A stretch of DNA of 38,741 nucleotides from an uncultured Deferribacteres bacterium (lineage in GTDB: Bacteria; Zhuqueibacterota; Zhuqueibacteria; Zhuqueibacterales; Geothermadaptataceae). Made by a program: the position numbers and the translations under genes. The notes beneath the pieces are model-generated. The model saw only the letters and a list, made by a program, of their open reading frames with translations. It was not told the origin of the DNA and ran no database searches. Every line of letters starts with the position of its first letter. Position 1 is the stretch's first letter. The stretch spans positions 1-38,741 of the forward strand of contig CAXHAT010000063.1 of NCBI GenBank assembly GCA_964014485.1. The letters run 5' to 3'. This document shows, piece by piece, positions 1-8,851 of the stretch.

Positions 1-58
1 CCGGTTTTCATAGAATACCGGCGCTCAAACATCCGCCAATTGGTTCAGCGAGACGCGC

Positions 59-182
59 AAGGAGTGCAAGGCTTGCCTTGCTTTTCAATGGCAGGCTTAT
101 TCTGAATCGCGCATTTCATTTCAGCTTTTGCCGGTTCGTTCGATTGAGCCGGACAATAGGCAAAGCAAGCTTCGCACTCCTT
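59..182. repeat. REP-like inverted doublet (GGAGTGC...GCACTCC type)
   Basis: 59-81 AAGGAGTGCAAGGCTTGCCTTGC and 160-182 GCAAAGCAAGCTTCGCACTCCTT are inverted repeats (20/23) in intergenic DNA. Confidence 0.65.
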
Positions 183-271
183 CAGTTCTTCCGCTATTCG
201 GCCCCGATCGAGCGGAAAAATCAAGTGTGACAAAGCATTAGACCAAGAGCACACAAACTATCCTTTGGATT

Positions 272-751
272 ATGCCTTCTCGCAAGTATCACAGTTTAAC
301 AATTCGAATCATCGGCGAATCGCTGCCGGGGATCAGGTTTGTTGATTGTTATTACGATCCGGCGGGAATGCGGGAGCCGGTTTACATCGGCATACAGAAA
401 AAGCAGGAGACAATTGATTTGCAGCGCGGCGACAGTAAACGGGTGGTTTTCGAAGCGGAATTCAGAATTGGCGAGCGCAAGGACGGCGGGCCGAATTTTC
501 TGGGGCCATACGCGCACGGTACGCCAAAACAGCGTTTTATCTATTTGGGCTGGGGCGTTTTAGAAGCGGAAGGTTCTTTCGAGATGTTTCGCCGTGCTAA
601 AATTCATCTTTCGCACATCAACTGGAAGCAGGTTGAGAAAGCCATTGAAAACGACGGCGTGATCATGGCCAGAATTCCGTTTCTCACCGATGCCAAGGGC
701 GGGCCGCTTTGCGCTTCGTTGAAGGATGATCAAATTGAATGGGATATTTAA
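272..751 (+). CDS. DUF5990-like hypothetical protein
   Basis: 159-aa ORF; motifs GPNFLGPYAHGTPKQRFIYLGWG and FRRAKIHL recalled for DUF5990. Confidence 0.7.
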   Translation: MPSRKYHSLTIRIIGESLPGIRFVDCYYDPAGMREPVYIGIQKKQETIDLQRGDSKRVVFEAEFRIGERKDGGPNFLGPYAHGTPKQRFIYLGWGVLEAEGSFEMFRRAKIHLSHINWKQVEKAIENDGVIMARIPFLTDAKGGPLCASLKDDQIEWDI

Positions 752-776
752 ACGTTGAGTTGAAGTTGCGCATTTT

Positions 777-1574
777 ATGACTTCATTTTTCGAAACTTAT
801 TTTTACGCCGTACCGTGGGTCGTCGGCTATGTCACGCTGATTTGGCTGCTCAGTCTGGCGTTAAAAGACGCCGGGATCATGGATATTTTTTGGGGGCTTG
901 GCTTTGTTTTGCTGGGGTTCGTTTATTACCTCGAAACGACGGGCGTGGAATGGCGAAGGCAATTGCTGCTTGCTTTGGTCTCCATTTGGGGCGTGCGATT
1001 GTCGCTGCACATTTTTTTGAGAAATCGCGGCGCAGGCGAGGATTATCGCTACCGAAAATGGCGCGACGAGGCGAGGAACGCGTTTTGGTGGCGGAGCTAT
1101 TTCAAGGTATTTCTTCTACAAGGCGCTATTTTGTGGATCATTTCTTCCCCGCTCCTTGTTGCTCAACGCTCTGCCGTGCCGCAGAACTTGACGTTTTTTG
1201 ATATTCTGGGAATCGCCTTTTGGAGCGTTGGTTTTTTGTTCGAAACGGTTGGAGATTTTCAGCTCGCCCGATTCAAAGGAATACCGGAGAATAGGAGGAA
1301 GGTTTTAGATTCGGGGCTTTGGCGATACACACGTCATCCCAATTATTTTGGCGATGCGATGGTTTGGTGGGGCTATTTTTTTATCGCTTGCTCAACCGAG
1401 CACGGTTTTCATGCCGTCAGCAGCCCGATTTTAATGACTTGGCTTTTGATAAAAATTTCCGGCGTTGCGATGTTGGAGCGTAATTTAAAAAAGACCAAGC
1501 CTGGTTATACAGAATACCTTGAAACAACCAACGCATTTTTTCCCTGGGTTCCGAAAAAAGTACGACATGACTGA
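777..1574 (+). CDS. DUF1295 / steroid 5-alpha-reductase-like membrane protein
   Basis: Multi-TM; DIFWG, GEDYRY, GLWRYTRHPNYFGD motifs. Confidence 0.9.
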   Translation: MTSFFETYFYAVPWVVGYVTLIWLLSLALKDAGIMDIFWGLGFVLLGFVYYLETTGVEWRRQLLLALVSIWGVRLSLHIFLRNRGAGEDYRYRKWRDEARNAFWWRSYFKVFLLQGAILWIISSPLLVAQRSAVPQNLTFFDILGIAFWSVGFLFETVGDFQLARFKGIPENRRKVLDSGLWRYTRHPNYFGDAMVWWGYFFIACSTEHGFHAVSSPILMTWLLIKISGVAMLERNLKKTKPGYTEYLETTNAFFPWVPKKVRHD

Positions 1575-2004
1575 GCTGATTTTCCTTCTCCATTCTGCTG
1601 CAACGCTTCTGCTTACCGGCCTTATTTGGTTTGTTCAACTCGTTTTTTACCCGCTTTTTAAACACGTCGGCGTGGACGAATTCCCAAGCTACGCCCGGCG
1701 CTATTCCCGGCAAACGGCCTTTTACGTTGCTCCTCTGATGATTTTGGAGCTGGCGACAGGAATCAGCCTGTTCTTCTCCCGCCCGGAGCAATTCGAATTC
1801 GCTTTTGTCCTCGCCGGTTTCGGCCTGGTGGTGATTATCTGGCTCACCACAATTTTCGTGCTCGGTCCAAAGCATCGCGAACTGATGCACGGGTTTAACA
1901 TCGACATGCTGCGCGATTTGCAAAGAACGAATTGGGTAAGAACCGTTTGCTGGAGTTTACGCTCCGCTATTGTCATGCTTATTTTGCTCGAAATCGCCGT
2001 TTGA
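1567..2004 (+). CDS. Conserved 4-TM membrane protein (DUF1772/DUF4149-like)
   Basis: ATG at 1567 overlaps the upstream stop (ATGACTGA); GLIWFVQLVFYPLF and NWVRT motifs. Confidence 0.75.
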   Translation: MTELIFLLHSAATLLLTGLIWFVQLVFYPLFKHVGVDEFPSYARRYSRQTAFYVAPLMILELATGISLFFSRPEQFEFAFVLAGFGLVVIIWLTTIFVLGPKHRELMHGFNIDMLRDLQRTNWVRTVCWSLRSAIVMLILLEIAV

Positions 2005-3967
2005 AAAACAGCCAGGCAAGCAGAAGAATCCCTGTAATAAATGCAAGACCTACCGCTCCCGTCGTCCAGGTCACCCAAGTTGCGTTTTTCACCATGAGAG
2101 ACGGCTCCCAGCTATCGACCGCAACCATCCGCCCCTGAGGCTTGCGGTATTTTTCGGGAATGTTCGGCACGCCGTCGCCGTCGGAATCCGGCAATTGCTG
2201 GAGATATTCCAGAAAAACCGCCCACTCTTTTAATTCCTGAACGCCTTCCTTTCCCCGATCCCGATCGATAATCGCGGATTTAATGTCGGGCAATGGATTG
2301 CCGTGCTTGTCTTTCGGGACAATATCCAAAATGTTGTAGGTGAACCCGCCGATAATTTTGATGAATGATGCGACGTAAAAGGTGGCGCAAACACTGTAAA
2401 GCTTTTCGTTGTCACTGGATAGATCAAGCGGCGTGAATGAACCGTCGTCATTTTCGGTTTCGACTTCAACGACGCGGTCGAAAAGCATTCTGTTCGGGTT
2501 GTAGCGGAAACGCAAGCCAGAGATTTGGAGGGTATAAATCGGGCTTTTCAGCGGCGCGAGCGTGGTCGAGACTTCCAGAGCTTTTTTGATTTCCTCAGCG
2601 GTCAGGTAGATTTTCACAAGCGGGTAGCCGGGGACGTCTTCCATAATTCCGGGGCCAAGCCCGACGACGCGAAAAAGGTCGGCCACTTGTTGGCGCCCTG
2701 TCCGCCCCTTCAAAATATTGTCGCGGATTTGTCCGTTGGCTTCTACGGCAAAATCCAGCTTTTCATCGCCGCTAAAATCCGGGTCATAGTGATTCACGCC
2801 CCAGCGCAGTGCGTCCGCGACAAGATCGCCCAGGTTTGACTCCTTTCTGTTTTCGAGGAGATCAAATTCCGTTTCAGCCAAGACTTGGTCGAATGCAAAT
2901 CCATACTCGCTGAGCACGTTTTCCGTCACCAACTGCTTATAGCGCTCAATTTCCGCCTGAATTTCTACATCAGCGGGAATGCTGTCGTCGATGGTGATGA
3001 CTTGGTAGTTGCTCACCGTCAAAGCGCCGTTTTCGATTTCAACGTCGAGGACGCCGACGTATTGGCCCTCCGCTCCGGCCTGGACGACGGGCGCGCCGTT
3101 GTAAATTAGCGGCTCGGGGATTAAGCGGTGCGAATGGCCGCTGACAATGAGATCGATTTCGTCAACGGACTCAGCTAAAATCCGGTCGTCCCCAGACCAT
3201 TCGTCACCTTGCTCATCAGGCTTGACGCCGCCGTGAGAAAGCGCGATAATCAGCTCTGCACCCCGTTCCCGCAAAGATTTCGCAACAGTTCTTGCCGATT
3301 CAACGGGATCGCCGAACTTTAACGGCGCCGCCAATGGAGCTGCAACTTCCGCCGCTTCCGTTCCCATCAAACCGAAAAGGCCGATTTTCATTCCGTTGGA
3401 TTCGATAATCGTGTCTTGCCTGACCAAGCCGGTTTGGTAAAGTTCTTCGAAAGCGTCATCTCCTGCGTCATTTGGGTCGAAAATCGGATTGGCGAGCAGC
3501 AATGTGGGCGCACCCCCGTGTTGTTCAGCGGCTTTCAGTATTTTGACCAACCCGCCCGGACGAAAGTCAAATTCGTGGTTTCCCAGGACGGCTGCATCAT
3601 AACCGATCTTATGCATCAGCCGGAGTTCCGCGGCATGTTCTTTGGCGATAGTGTGGAAAAGCGATCCCATCATCATGTCGCCGCCGTCGAGAATGAGCGT
3701 TTTTTCCGGCGCCTCTGACTTGTACTTTTTGATGGCTGTAGCGACGCGCGAAATTCCGCCGACCGTCTGGTCGTCATTCAGCGAATAGGGCGTGAACTCG
3801 GCGTTCGGACCGAAGCCCAACATGCGGGATTGAATGTCGTTGGTGTGGATGATACGCAGCAATTTTTTTTCAGCGGTTGCCGTTGCTGCAAGGACAAGAA
3901 TTGCCAGCCCTGCCGAAAATAGAATAACCGCAGGGCGGGCGTTCTTTTTACATTGTCGATTTTTCAT
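1979..3967 (-). CDS. 5'-nucleotidase / UDP-sugar hydrolase family metallophosphoesterase with signal peptide and C-terminal TM anchor
   Basis: HTND, DGGD, GNHEFD, GHSH motifs, then a 5'-nucleotidase C domain (ESNLGDLVADA, NGQIR); start set at ATG 3967 before the signal peptide; 3' end overlaps the convergent gene by 26 bp. Confidence 0.9.
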   Translation of the reverse strand: MKNRQCKKNARPAVILFSAGLAILVLAATATAEKKLLRIIHTNDIQSRMLGFGPNAEFTPYSLNDDQTVGGISRVATAIKKYKSEAPEKTLILDGGDMMMGSLFHTIAKEHAAELRLMHKIGYDAAVLGNHEFDFRPGGLVKILKAAEQHGGAPTLLLANPIFDPNDAGDDAFEELYQTGLVRQDTIIESNGMKIGLFGLMGTEAAEVAAPLAAPLKFGDPVESARTVAKSLRERGAELIIALSHGGVKPDEQGDEWSGDDRILAESVDEIDLIVSGHSHRLIPEPLIYNGAPVVQAGAEGQYVGVLDVEIENGALTVSNYQVITIDDSIPADVEIQAEIERYKQLVTENVLSEYGFAFDQVLAETEFDLLENRKESNLGDLVADALRWGVNHYDPDFSGDEKLDFAVEANGQIRDNILKGRTGRQQVADLFRVVGLGPGIMEDVPGYPLVKIYLTAEEIKKALEVSTTLAPLKSPIYTLQISGLRFRYNPNRMLFDRVVEVETENDDGSFTPLDLSSDNEKLYSVCATFYVASFIKIIGGFTYNILDIVPKDKHGNPLPDIKSAIIDRDRGKEGVQELKEWAVFLEYLQQLPDSDGDGVPNIPEKYRKPQGRMVAVDSWEPSLMVKNATWVTWTTGAVGLAFITGILLLAWLFFKRRFRAK

Positions 3968-4010
3968 CAAATTGCTCAACTGTTTTTTCCCGACCGTTTC
4001 GATGGTTTTC

Positions 4011-4853
4011 CTATTTAACCCGTTCAGGGCGTGAGTAAATATTGAAACGCCCGGAACGTACAAAACCGATCAGCGTTATCCCGGCCTTTTTTGCGAGCTC
4101 TACCGCTAAACTCGACGGCGCGCTAACGCTAGCGACGACTGGAATGTTCGCGGCCGCCGCTTTTTGCACCATTTCAAATCCGGCTCTTCCGCTCAAAAAA
4201 AGAATACTTTTCTGAAAGGAATCGCTGTTTTTATATAAGATTGCGCCGAGCAGTTTGTCCAATGCGTTGTGGCGGCCTATGTCTTCGCGAAGTTCAAGCA
4301 GCTTGCCTGCCGCGCTGAAGAGCGCCGCCGCGTGCAACCCGCCGGTATAGCCAAAAACCGTTTGAGCGCTGCGCAAAGTTTTGGGAAGCGCATCAATGAC
4401 CTCCGCGGAAGTTTCTACAGACGCGCTCGTTTGCAGGCGACGTAGATTTGAAAAAACGGCTTCAATTGAAGATTTCCCGCAAACGCCGCAACTCGAATTC
4501 GCAAGGGATCGATGCTGGACATCTTCCAAATTTACTTTTAGAGACGGCGACAGCTCGACCATGAGAATATTGCCGCTTTCTTGCGATTGGCCGCTTCTGC
4601 AATGGTGCATTGCCAGTACATCTTCCGGTGAATCAATGACGCCTTCGGCGAGAAGAAATCCGGCGGCCAACTCAAAATCGTTTCCAGGCGTGCGCATTGT
4701 CACGATGAATTTTTTGCGCGTGCGAGTGCTGGCCTCGCCGTATGCAAGCCGAATTTCCAAAGGTTCCTCGACGGCGAGCAAATCTTCCTTTTCTTTGCGA
4801 GATTTATCGGTAACGGCGTTTAGCGTTATGGCGGCAACGGTGCTAGACGACAT
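4011..4853 (-). CDS. fdhD: Formate dehydrogenase accessory sulfurtransferase FdhD
   Basis: VEEPLEI, TMRTPG, SSCGVCGK, TGGLHAAALF, EDIGRHNALDK motifs. Confidence 0.95.
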   Translation of the reverse strand: MSSSTVAAITLNAVTDKSRKEKEDLLAVEEPLEIRLAYGEASTRTRKKFIVTMRTPGNDFELAAGFLLAEGVIDSPEDVLAMHHCRSGQSQESGNILMVELSPSLKVNLEDVQHRSLANSSCGVCGKSSIEAVFSNLRRLQTSASVETSAEVIDALPKTLRSAQTVFGYTGGLHAAALFSAAGKLLELREDIGRHNALDKLLGAILYKNSDSFQKSILFLSGRAGFEMVQKAAAANIPVVASVSAPSSLAVELAKKAGITLIGFVRSGRFNIYSRPERVK

Positions 4854-4901
4854 TGCAACTCCCGAGTTTTGGCGACCTTATGTTTTATTCAATCTCAAAA
4901 T

Positions 4902-5357
4902 TCATGGAGCTGCGTCTTGACAGACTTTGTTTCCCTTGTCGAAAACGATGCGCCACGCGTCTGGCGATTCAAGTTTCCAGATCGATGTGTAGAATGATAT
5001 TAATTTGCCGTCGGTGTTGTAAACGGGGCCTGTGCTGAGCGCAAGTTTTCCTGAGTCGAGCACTTCCACAGTTTCAGGCCTCCACGAAAAAGGCGCTTCC
5101 GTTTCATCAAAATATTTTTGCCAGCGTTCGGCAACTTGAGATTTGCCGCGCTGACGAATATTGCCGGATAAGAAAACGGCTTCTTCAGACAGAAATGATT
5201 TGAAGGCTTCGAAATCCCGGTCCGCCATTGTTTTCGCAAATGCTTTTTCCGTCTCGAACACCTGCTCTCGGAGCTCTTCCAGGTTCGGTTCTTGGGCGCA
5301 ATTGATACAAATTGTAAGAGAAGTTACCAAGAGCAAGAAATGAAATGGTTTGCGCAT
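4902..5357 (-). CDS. Secreted NTF2-like (DUF4440/SnoaL) protein
   Basis: Signal peptide; EKAFAKTMADRD, LALSTGPV, WRIVFDKG; AGGAAGG RBS before ATG 5357. Confidence 0.8.
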   Translation of the reverse strand: MRKPFHFLLLVTSLTICINCAQEPNLEELREQVFETEKAFAKTMADRDFEAFKSFLSEEAVFLSGNIRQRGKSQVAERWQKYFDETEAPFSWRPETVEVLDSGKLALSTGPVYNTDGKLISFYTSIWKLESPDAWRIVFDKGNKVCQDAAP

Positions 5358-5483
5358 GAGAGACGCCTTCCTAACAAAAATGAGACGGTTTTTGACAAAA
5401 GCTTGCCGGCTTAGGCGAAAAATAAGTGTATATAAATGGGCGGGAGGTCGCAAGAAAAAAGCGGGCGTTCATATTTTGAAGGC

Positions 5484-5522
5484 AAAAAAAGAAAAAGCGC
5501 CTTTGGTTTCAAAGACGCTTTT
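5484..5522 (-). terminator. Intrinsic terminator downstream of rnr
   Basis: Minus strand AAAAGCGTCTTTG-AAAC-CAAAGGCGCTTTT followed by TCTTTTTTT, about 30 bp after the rnr stop. Confidence 0.8.
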
Positions 5523-5554
5523 CCAAGCAAGGCCTCATTCTTGAATGGGGAGCG

Positions 5555-8086
5555 CTAACGCGTGCGTTTGTTGTGGCCTCCGATGTTTCTCACTCTTGGC
5601 TTTTTTCGCCCGGAGGATTGATTGTTGTGCGAACGCGTGTTACTGGTGTTCTGCTTGCGGGACGGCCCGCCTTTGCGGGCGCCGGTGTTCTTGCCTCTTC
5701 TGCGCCCGTCTCGCAATGTTGTGAAATAAACGCGGTCGTCATCCCCTCGAGTTAATGGACGGCGGACATTGCTCCTTTCGCGAACTTCCCCCTGGCCTTG
5801 GCTCTTCGAAGAGTCGCGCTTTCCATCTTGTGCGCCGGTGTTGGGTGAATGCTGTCTCTTCCTTTTATTCGCAGACGGCTTGGACTTCTGTGCGCCGTTT
5901 GGCGAGGCTTTGCTCGTATCGGTCACAGCCGCTGGTTTTGGGCGGTGTTTCGCATACTGCTTTTCGAACAGGAAGTCAATGACGCGTTCTTCCTTATCCA
6001 CGCGCACCAGCCGCACACGTACCTGATCGCCCAAGCGAAAGCGTTGACCGGTGGTTGTGCCTTCCAGCGTGAATAATTTTTCATCGAACGTATAAAAATC
6101 GTCGTGCAGATCGGAGATGTGAACCAAGCCTTCGATAAGGAAGTCGTTCAGTTCTACAAAGAAGCCGAATTCAACGACGCCGGAAATGACGGCGTCAAAT
6201 TCCTCGCCGACTTTGTTCTCCATAAACTGCACTTGCTTCATTTTGACCGAAGTGCGTTCAGCGTCTAACGCAACCAATTCCTGTTCGTTAGCTTGCGTTG
6301 CGATTGCGTCCAGTTTTTCGAGCATCGCCGCCTTGTCAAAGTGATCCGCATCATTAGCGGCATACTTTTTCAAAAGACGATGGACGATGAGATCGGGATA
6401 GCGTCGGATGGGTGAAGTAAAATGGGTATAGTGCCGGAAAGCCAAGCCAAAATGACCTAGACAAGTTGTGTCATACTTGGCTTTCATGAGAGAGCGCAAG
6501 GTAACGCGATTGATGATGTCTTTTTCATCCGTGTCGCTCACTTCCTGGAGAAACATGCTCAATTTCTTGCTGCTGATTCGCGAACTAAGATCGATTGCAT
6601 AGCCGAGACCGCTCAAGAGATCAGTCAGGGAAGACATTTTTTCGCGCGTCGGTTTCTCGTGAATTCGATATAAGAACGGAAGCGACTCATCGGCGTCCGT
6701 GCGCTGAGAATCAATATGTTGCGCGACGGTTTTGTTAGCCAAAAGCATAAATTCTTCGACCAGGTTCATACTTTCGAGCGTCTTTCGCCGGGTAATATCT
6801 ATTGGCGCTCCGTTCTCGTCAAGCGAGATTTTTGGCTCAGGCGTTTCGAATTGCAGACTTCCCTCATCATGGCGTTGCGCTTTTAACTTTTTCGCCAGCG
6901 CTCGCAAATCCGTCAGCGGCTCAGCCAGTTGCGGCGTCAATTTTTGTTCGCCGTCAAAAAAGGCCTGCACATCTTCGTAGGTAAATCGGCGTTTACTTTT
7001 GATGACGCTTTCGGCGATCTTGTAGTTTACGCGCTCGCCTTCTTCCGTCATTTCCATGATACAACTAAAAGTCAGACGGTTTGAGTTTGGCTTCAAACTG
7101 CAAAGTTCGTTGCTTAAATGTTCCGGCAGCATGGGAATAACGCGATCTACGAGATAGACGGAGGTCGCTCTCTGCATGGCTTCTTTGTCAACCAGACCGT
7201 CTTCATCGACAAAGTAGGAAACGTCTGCGATATGCACGCCAACTTCTAAATTCCCGTTGTCGAGTCGTCGGAGAGAAAGCGCGTCATCAAAATCCTTTGC
7301 GTCCGGCGGGTCAATGGTGAAACATATCTGGTCCCTGAGATCGAGCCTATTTTCAAGCAGCTTTTTGGTGACGCGAAATTTCTTCGCAGCCGCTTCTTTC
7401 TCAACTTTCTCGTCAAAACCTAACGGCATGTTGCGCGACGCGATGATCGAATTCACATCGACGCCGGCTTCATCTGGAAAACCTAGTATTTTGGCGACGT
7501 GCCCTTCCGGATTGAGCAATTCGTCTTCCCAATTGTCGATCTCCACGGCGACGATTTGGCCGTGCTTGGCGCCGCTTAATCCTTCCTTGTAAACGAAAAT
7601 GTCTCGCGAAATGCGTTGATCGTCCGGAACAAGAAAATAGTAATGCTTGCCTTTTTTGAGCTGGCCAACGATGTGCTTTCTCCCTCGCTCGATTACTTCT
7701 ACAACACGGCCTTCAGCGCGGGCGCCTTCTTTTCTGGCAAAAAGCTGGACTTTGACCGTGTCCCCGTCAAGCGCGATGCCCATATTTCGCATGTTTATGA
7801 AAACGTCTTCTTCACCTTCCGGCGTAAGAAGAAAACCGTAGCCGCGCGGTTTTACATGCAATTTGCCTGAAGCCACGGAAGACGGCTTGGGCGCGCAGTA
7901 GCGATTTCTTTTGTGCTTGATGATCTCTTCATTTTGATACATTTCATAGAGAAGAGATTTAAAGTATTTGTAGATTCTTGGGGGAAGTTTAAGATGTCTC
8001 GCCAGTTCTTTGGCTTTAAAATAGCGGTAGGGATGTGCTTCAAGCGCCTCTACAACGCGCTTTTTGAGTTCCTCATTGTTTTTCAT
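5555..8086 (-). CDS. rnr: Ribonuclease R
   Basis: N-terminal HTH/CSD, RNB motifs TIDPPDAKDFDDA, HIADVS, HFTSPIRRYPD, S1 domain, basic C-terminal tail. Confidence 0.97.
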   Translation of the reverse strand: MKNNEELKKRVVEALEAHPYRYFKAKELARHLKLPPRIYKYFKSLLYEMYQNEEIIKHKRNRYCAPKPSSVASGKLHVKPRGYGFLLTPEGEEDVFINMRNMGIALDGDTVKVQLFARKEGARAEGRVVEVIERGRKHIVGQLKKGKHYYFLVPDDQRISRDIFVYKEGLSGAKHGQIVAVEIDNWEDELLNPEGHVAKILGFPDEAGVDVNSIIASRNMPLGFDEKVEKEAAAKKFRVTKKLLENRLDLRDQICFTIDPPDAKDFDDALSLRRLDNGNLEVGVHIADVSYFVDEDGLVDKEAMQRATSVYLVDRVIPMLPEHLSNELCSLKPNSNRLTFSCIMEMTEEGERVNYKIAESVIKSKRRFTYEDVQAFFDGEQKLTPQLAEPLTDLRALAKKLKAQRHDEGSLQFETPEPKISLDENGAPIDITRRKTLESMNLVEEFMLLANKTVAQHIDSQRTDADESLPFLYRIHEKPTREKMSSLTDLLSGLGYAIDLSSRISSKKLSMFLQEVSDTDEKDIINRVTLRSLMKAKYDTTCLGHFGLAFRHYTHFTSPIRRYPDLIVHRLLKKYAANDADHFDKAAMLEKLDAIATQANEQELVALDAERTSVKMKQVQFMENKVGEEFDAVISGVVEFGFFVELNDFLIEGLVHISDLHDDFYTFDEKLFTLEGTTTGQRFRLGDQVRVRLVRVDKEERVIDFLFEKQYAKHRPKPAAVTDTSKASPNGAQKSKPSANKRKRQHSPNTGAQDGKRDSSKSQGQGEVRERSNVRRPLTRGDDDRVYFTTLRDGRRRGKNTGARKGGPSRKQNTSNTRSHNNQSSGRKKPRVRNIGGHNKRTR

Positions 8087-8119
8087 AATTTCTCAACATG
8101 GTAAATAATAAACTGTTAA

Positions 8120-8293
8120 TTAATGTTACGCACTCTTAAAAATTCCTCAAGCAGCACCAGAGAAGCGTCGTTTTTACGTCATTCCCGCGCAGGCGGGAAT
8201 CCAGGGGCTGCGCACGATTGACTGGGTTCCCGCCTGCGCGGGAATGACTTTAACAGGAGTTTCTTTGGCTTCATAGCTGGCGCGTAACATCAG
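8120..8293. mobile_element. MITE-like element copy A (CTGATGTTACGCG-type ends, 7-bp TSD)
   Basis: Left TTAATGTTACGCA (8120-8132), right CGCGTAACATCAG (8281-8293); direct repeat CTGTTAA at 8113-8119 and 8294-8300. Confidence 0.8.
8178..8248. repeat. GTCATTCCCGCG...GGGAATGAC palindromic element (dRS3/RPE-like) nested in MITE A
   Basis: GTCATTCCCGCGCAGGCGGGAATCC ... GGTTCCCGCCTGCGCGGGAATGAC; contains ATTCCC-N8-GGGAAT. Confidence 0.85.
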
Positions 8294-8851
8294 CTGTTAA
8301 TTTCAATTGACCAGAATTTCTCAGCCTGATCCGTCGTTCTGAAATGATCATTTTTGTCTTCTATCACTGAACTCTCGAACAAACCGGCGTTGCTTCCAGC
8401 ATGACAAGGTTCTGAACTGTTCTTTTCGGAGTGCGACGAACCATCGTCGCCCCGCTCCAGCGATCGTTCTCCAAATCAAACATAGAAGCGCTTGACTCGG
8501 CGATACTTGCCGGTAAAAGCCGCAAACACGGTTGGTTAGCTGGACGATCACGATTGGTCTTGCTTAATTGTATAAAACGACTTTTTAGGAAATAAACGAA
8601 AGTCCGTTCTAAAGGGCCCGAGACGGCCCGTTGTTCTGAGTTTGGCTTTGTGCGGCAGATTTGTATTTGCAGGAAGTAAACGGCCTGGATAATGCCGTGA
8701 TGCGCGTCGAACTGTGGCGTAAGTTCGTGACGGCGCTGTGTAAAGGCAACCCCTAATGGCTTTGTCACTTAGACACAGCACTCAACTGGTTGTATATAGC
8801 GGCTTTATCAGCATGTGGCGGAAAATAAAAGCCGCATCCATATCCCTGGCG

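Noticed and set aside
1..11. Start of a minus-strand gene (ATGAAAACCGG) at the left edge
   Set aside because: Only three codons visible, which is not enough to support a call
5555..5950. Extra domain at the RNase R C-terminus
   Set aside because: Low-complexity Lys/Arg-rich tail typical of RNase R
8596..8812. RNase P RNA (GAAAGTCCG seen near 8598)
   Set aside because: Lacks the full GAGGAAAGTCC and the 3' ACAGAA.CCGGCTTA signatures
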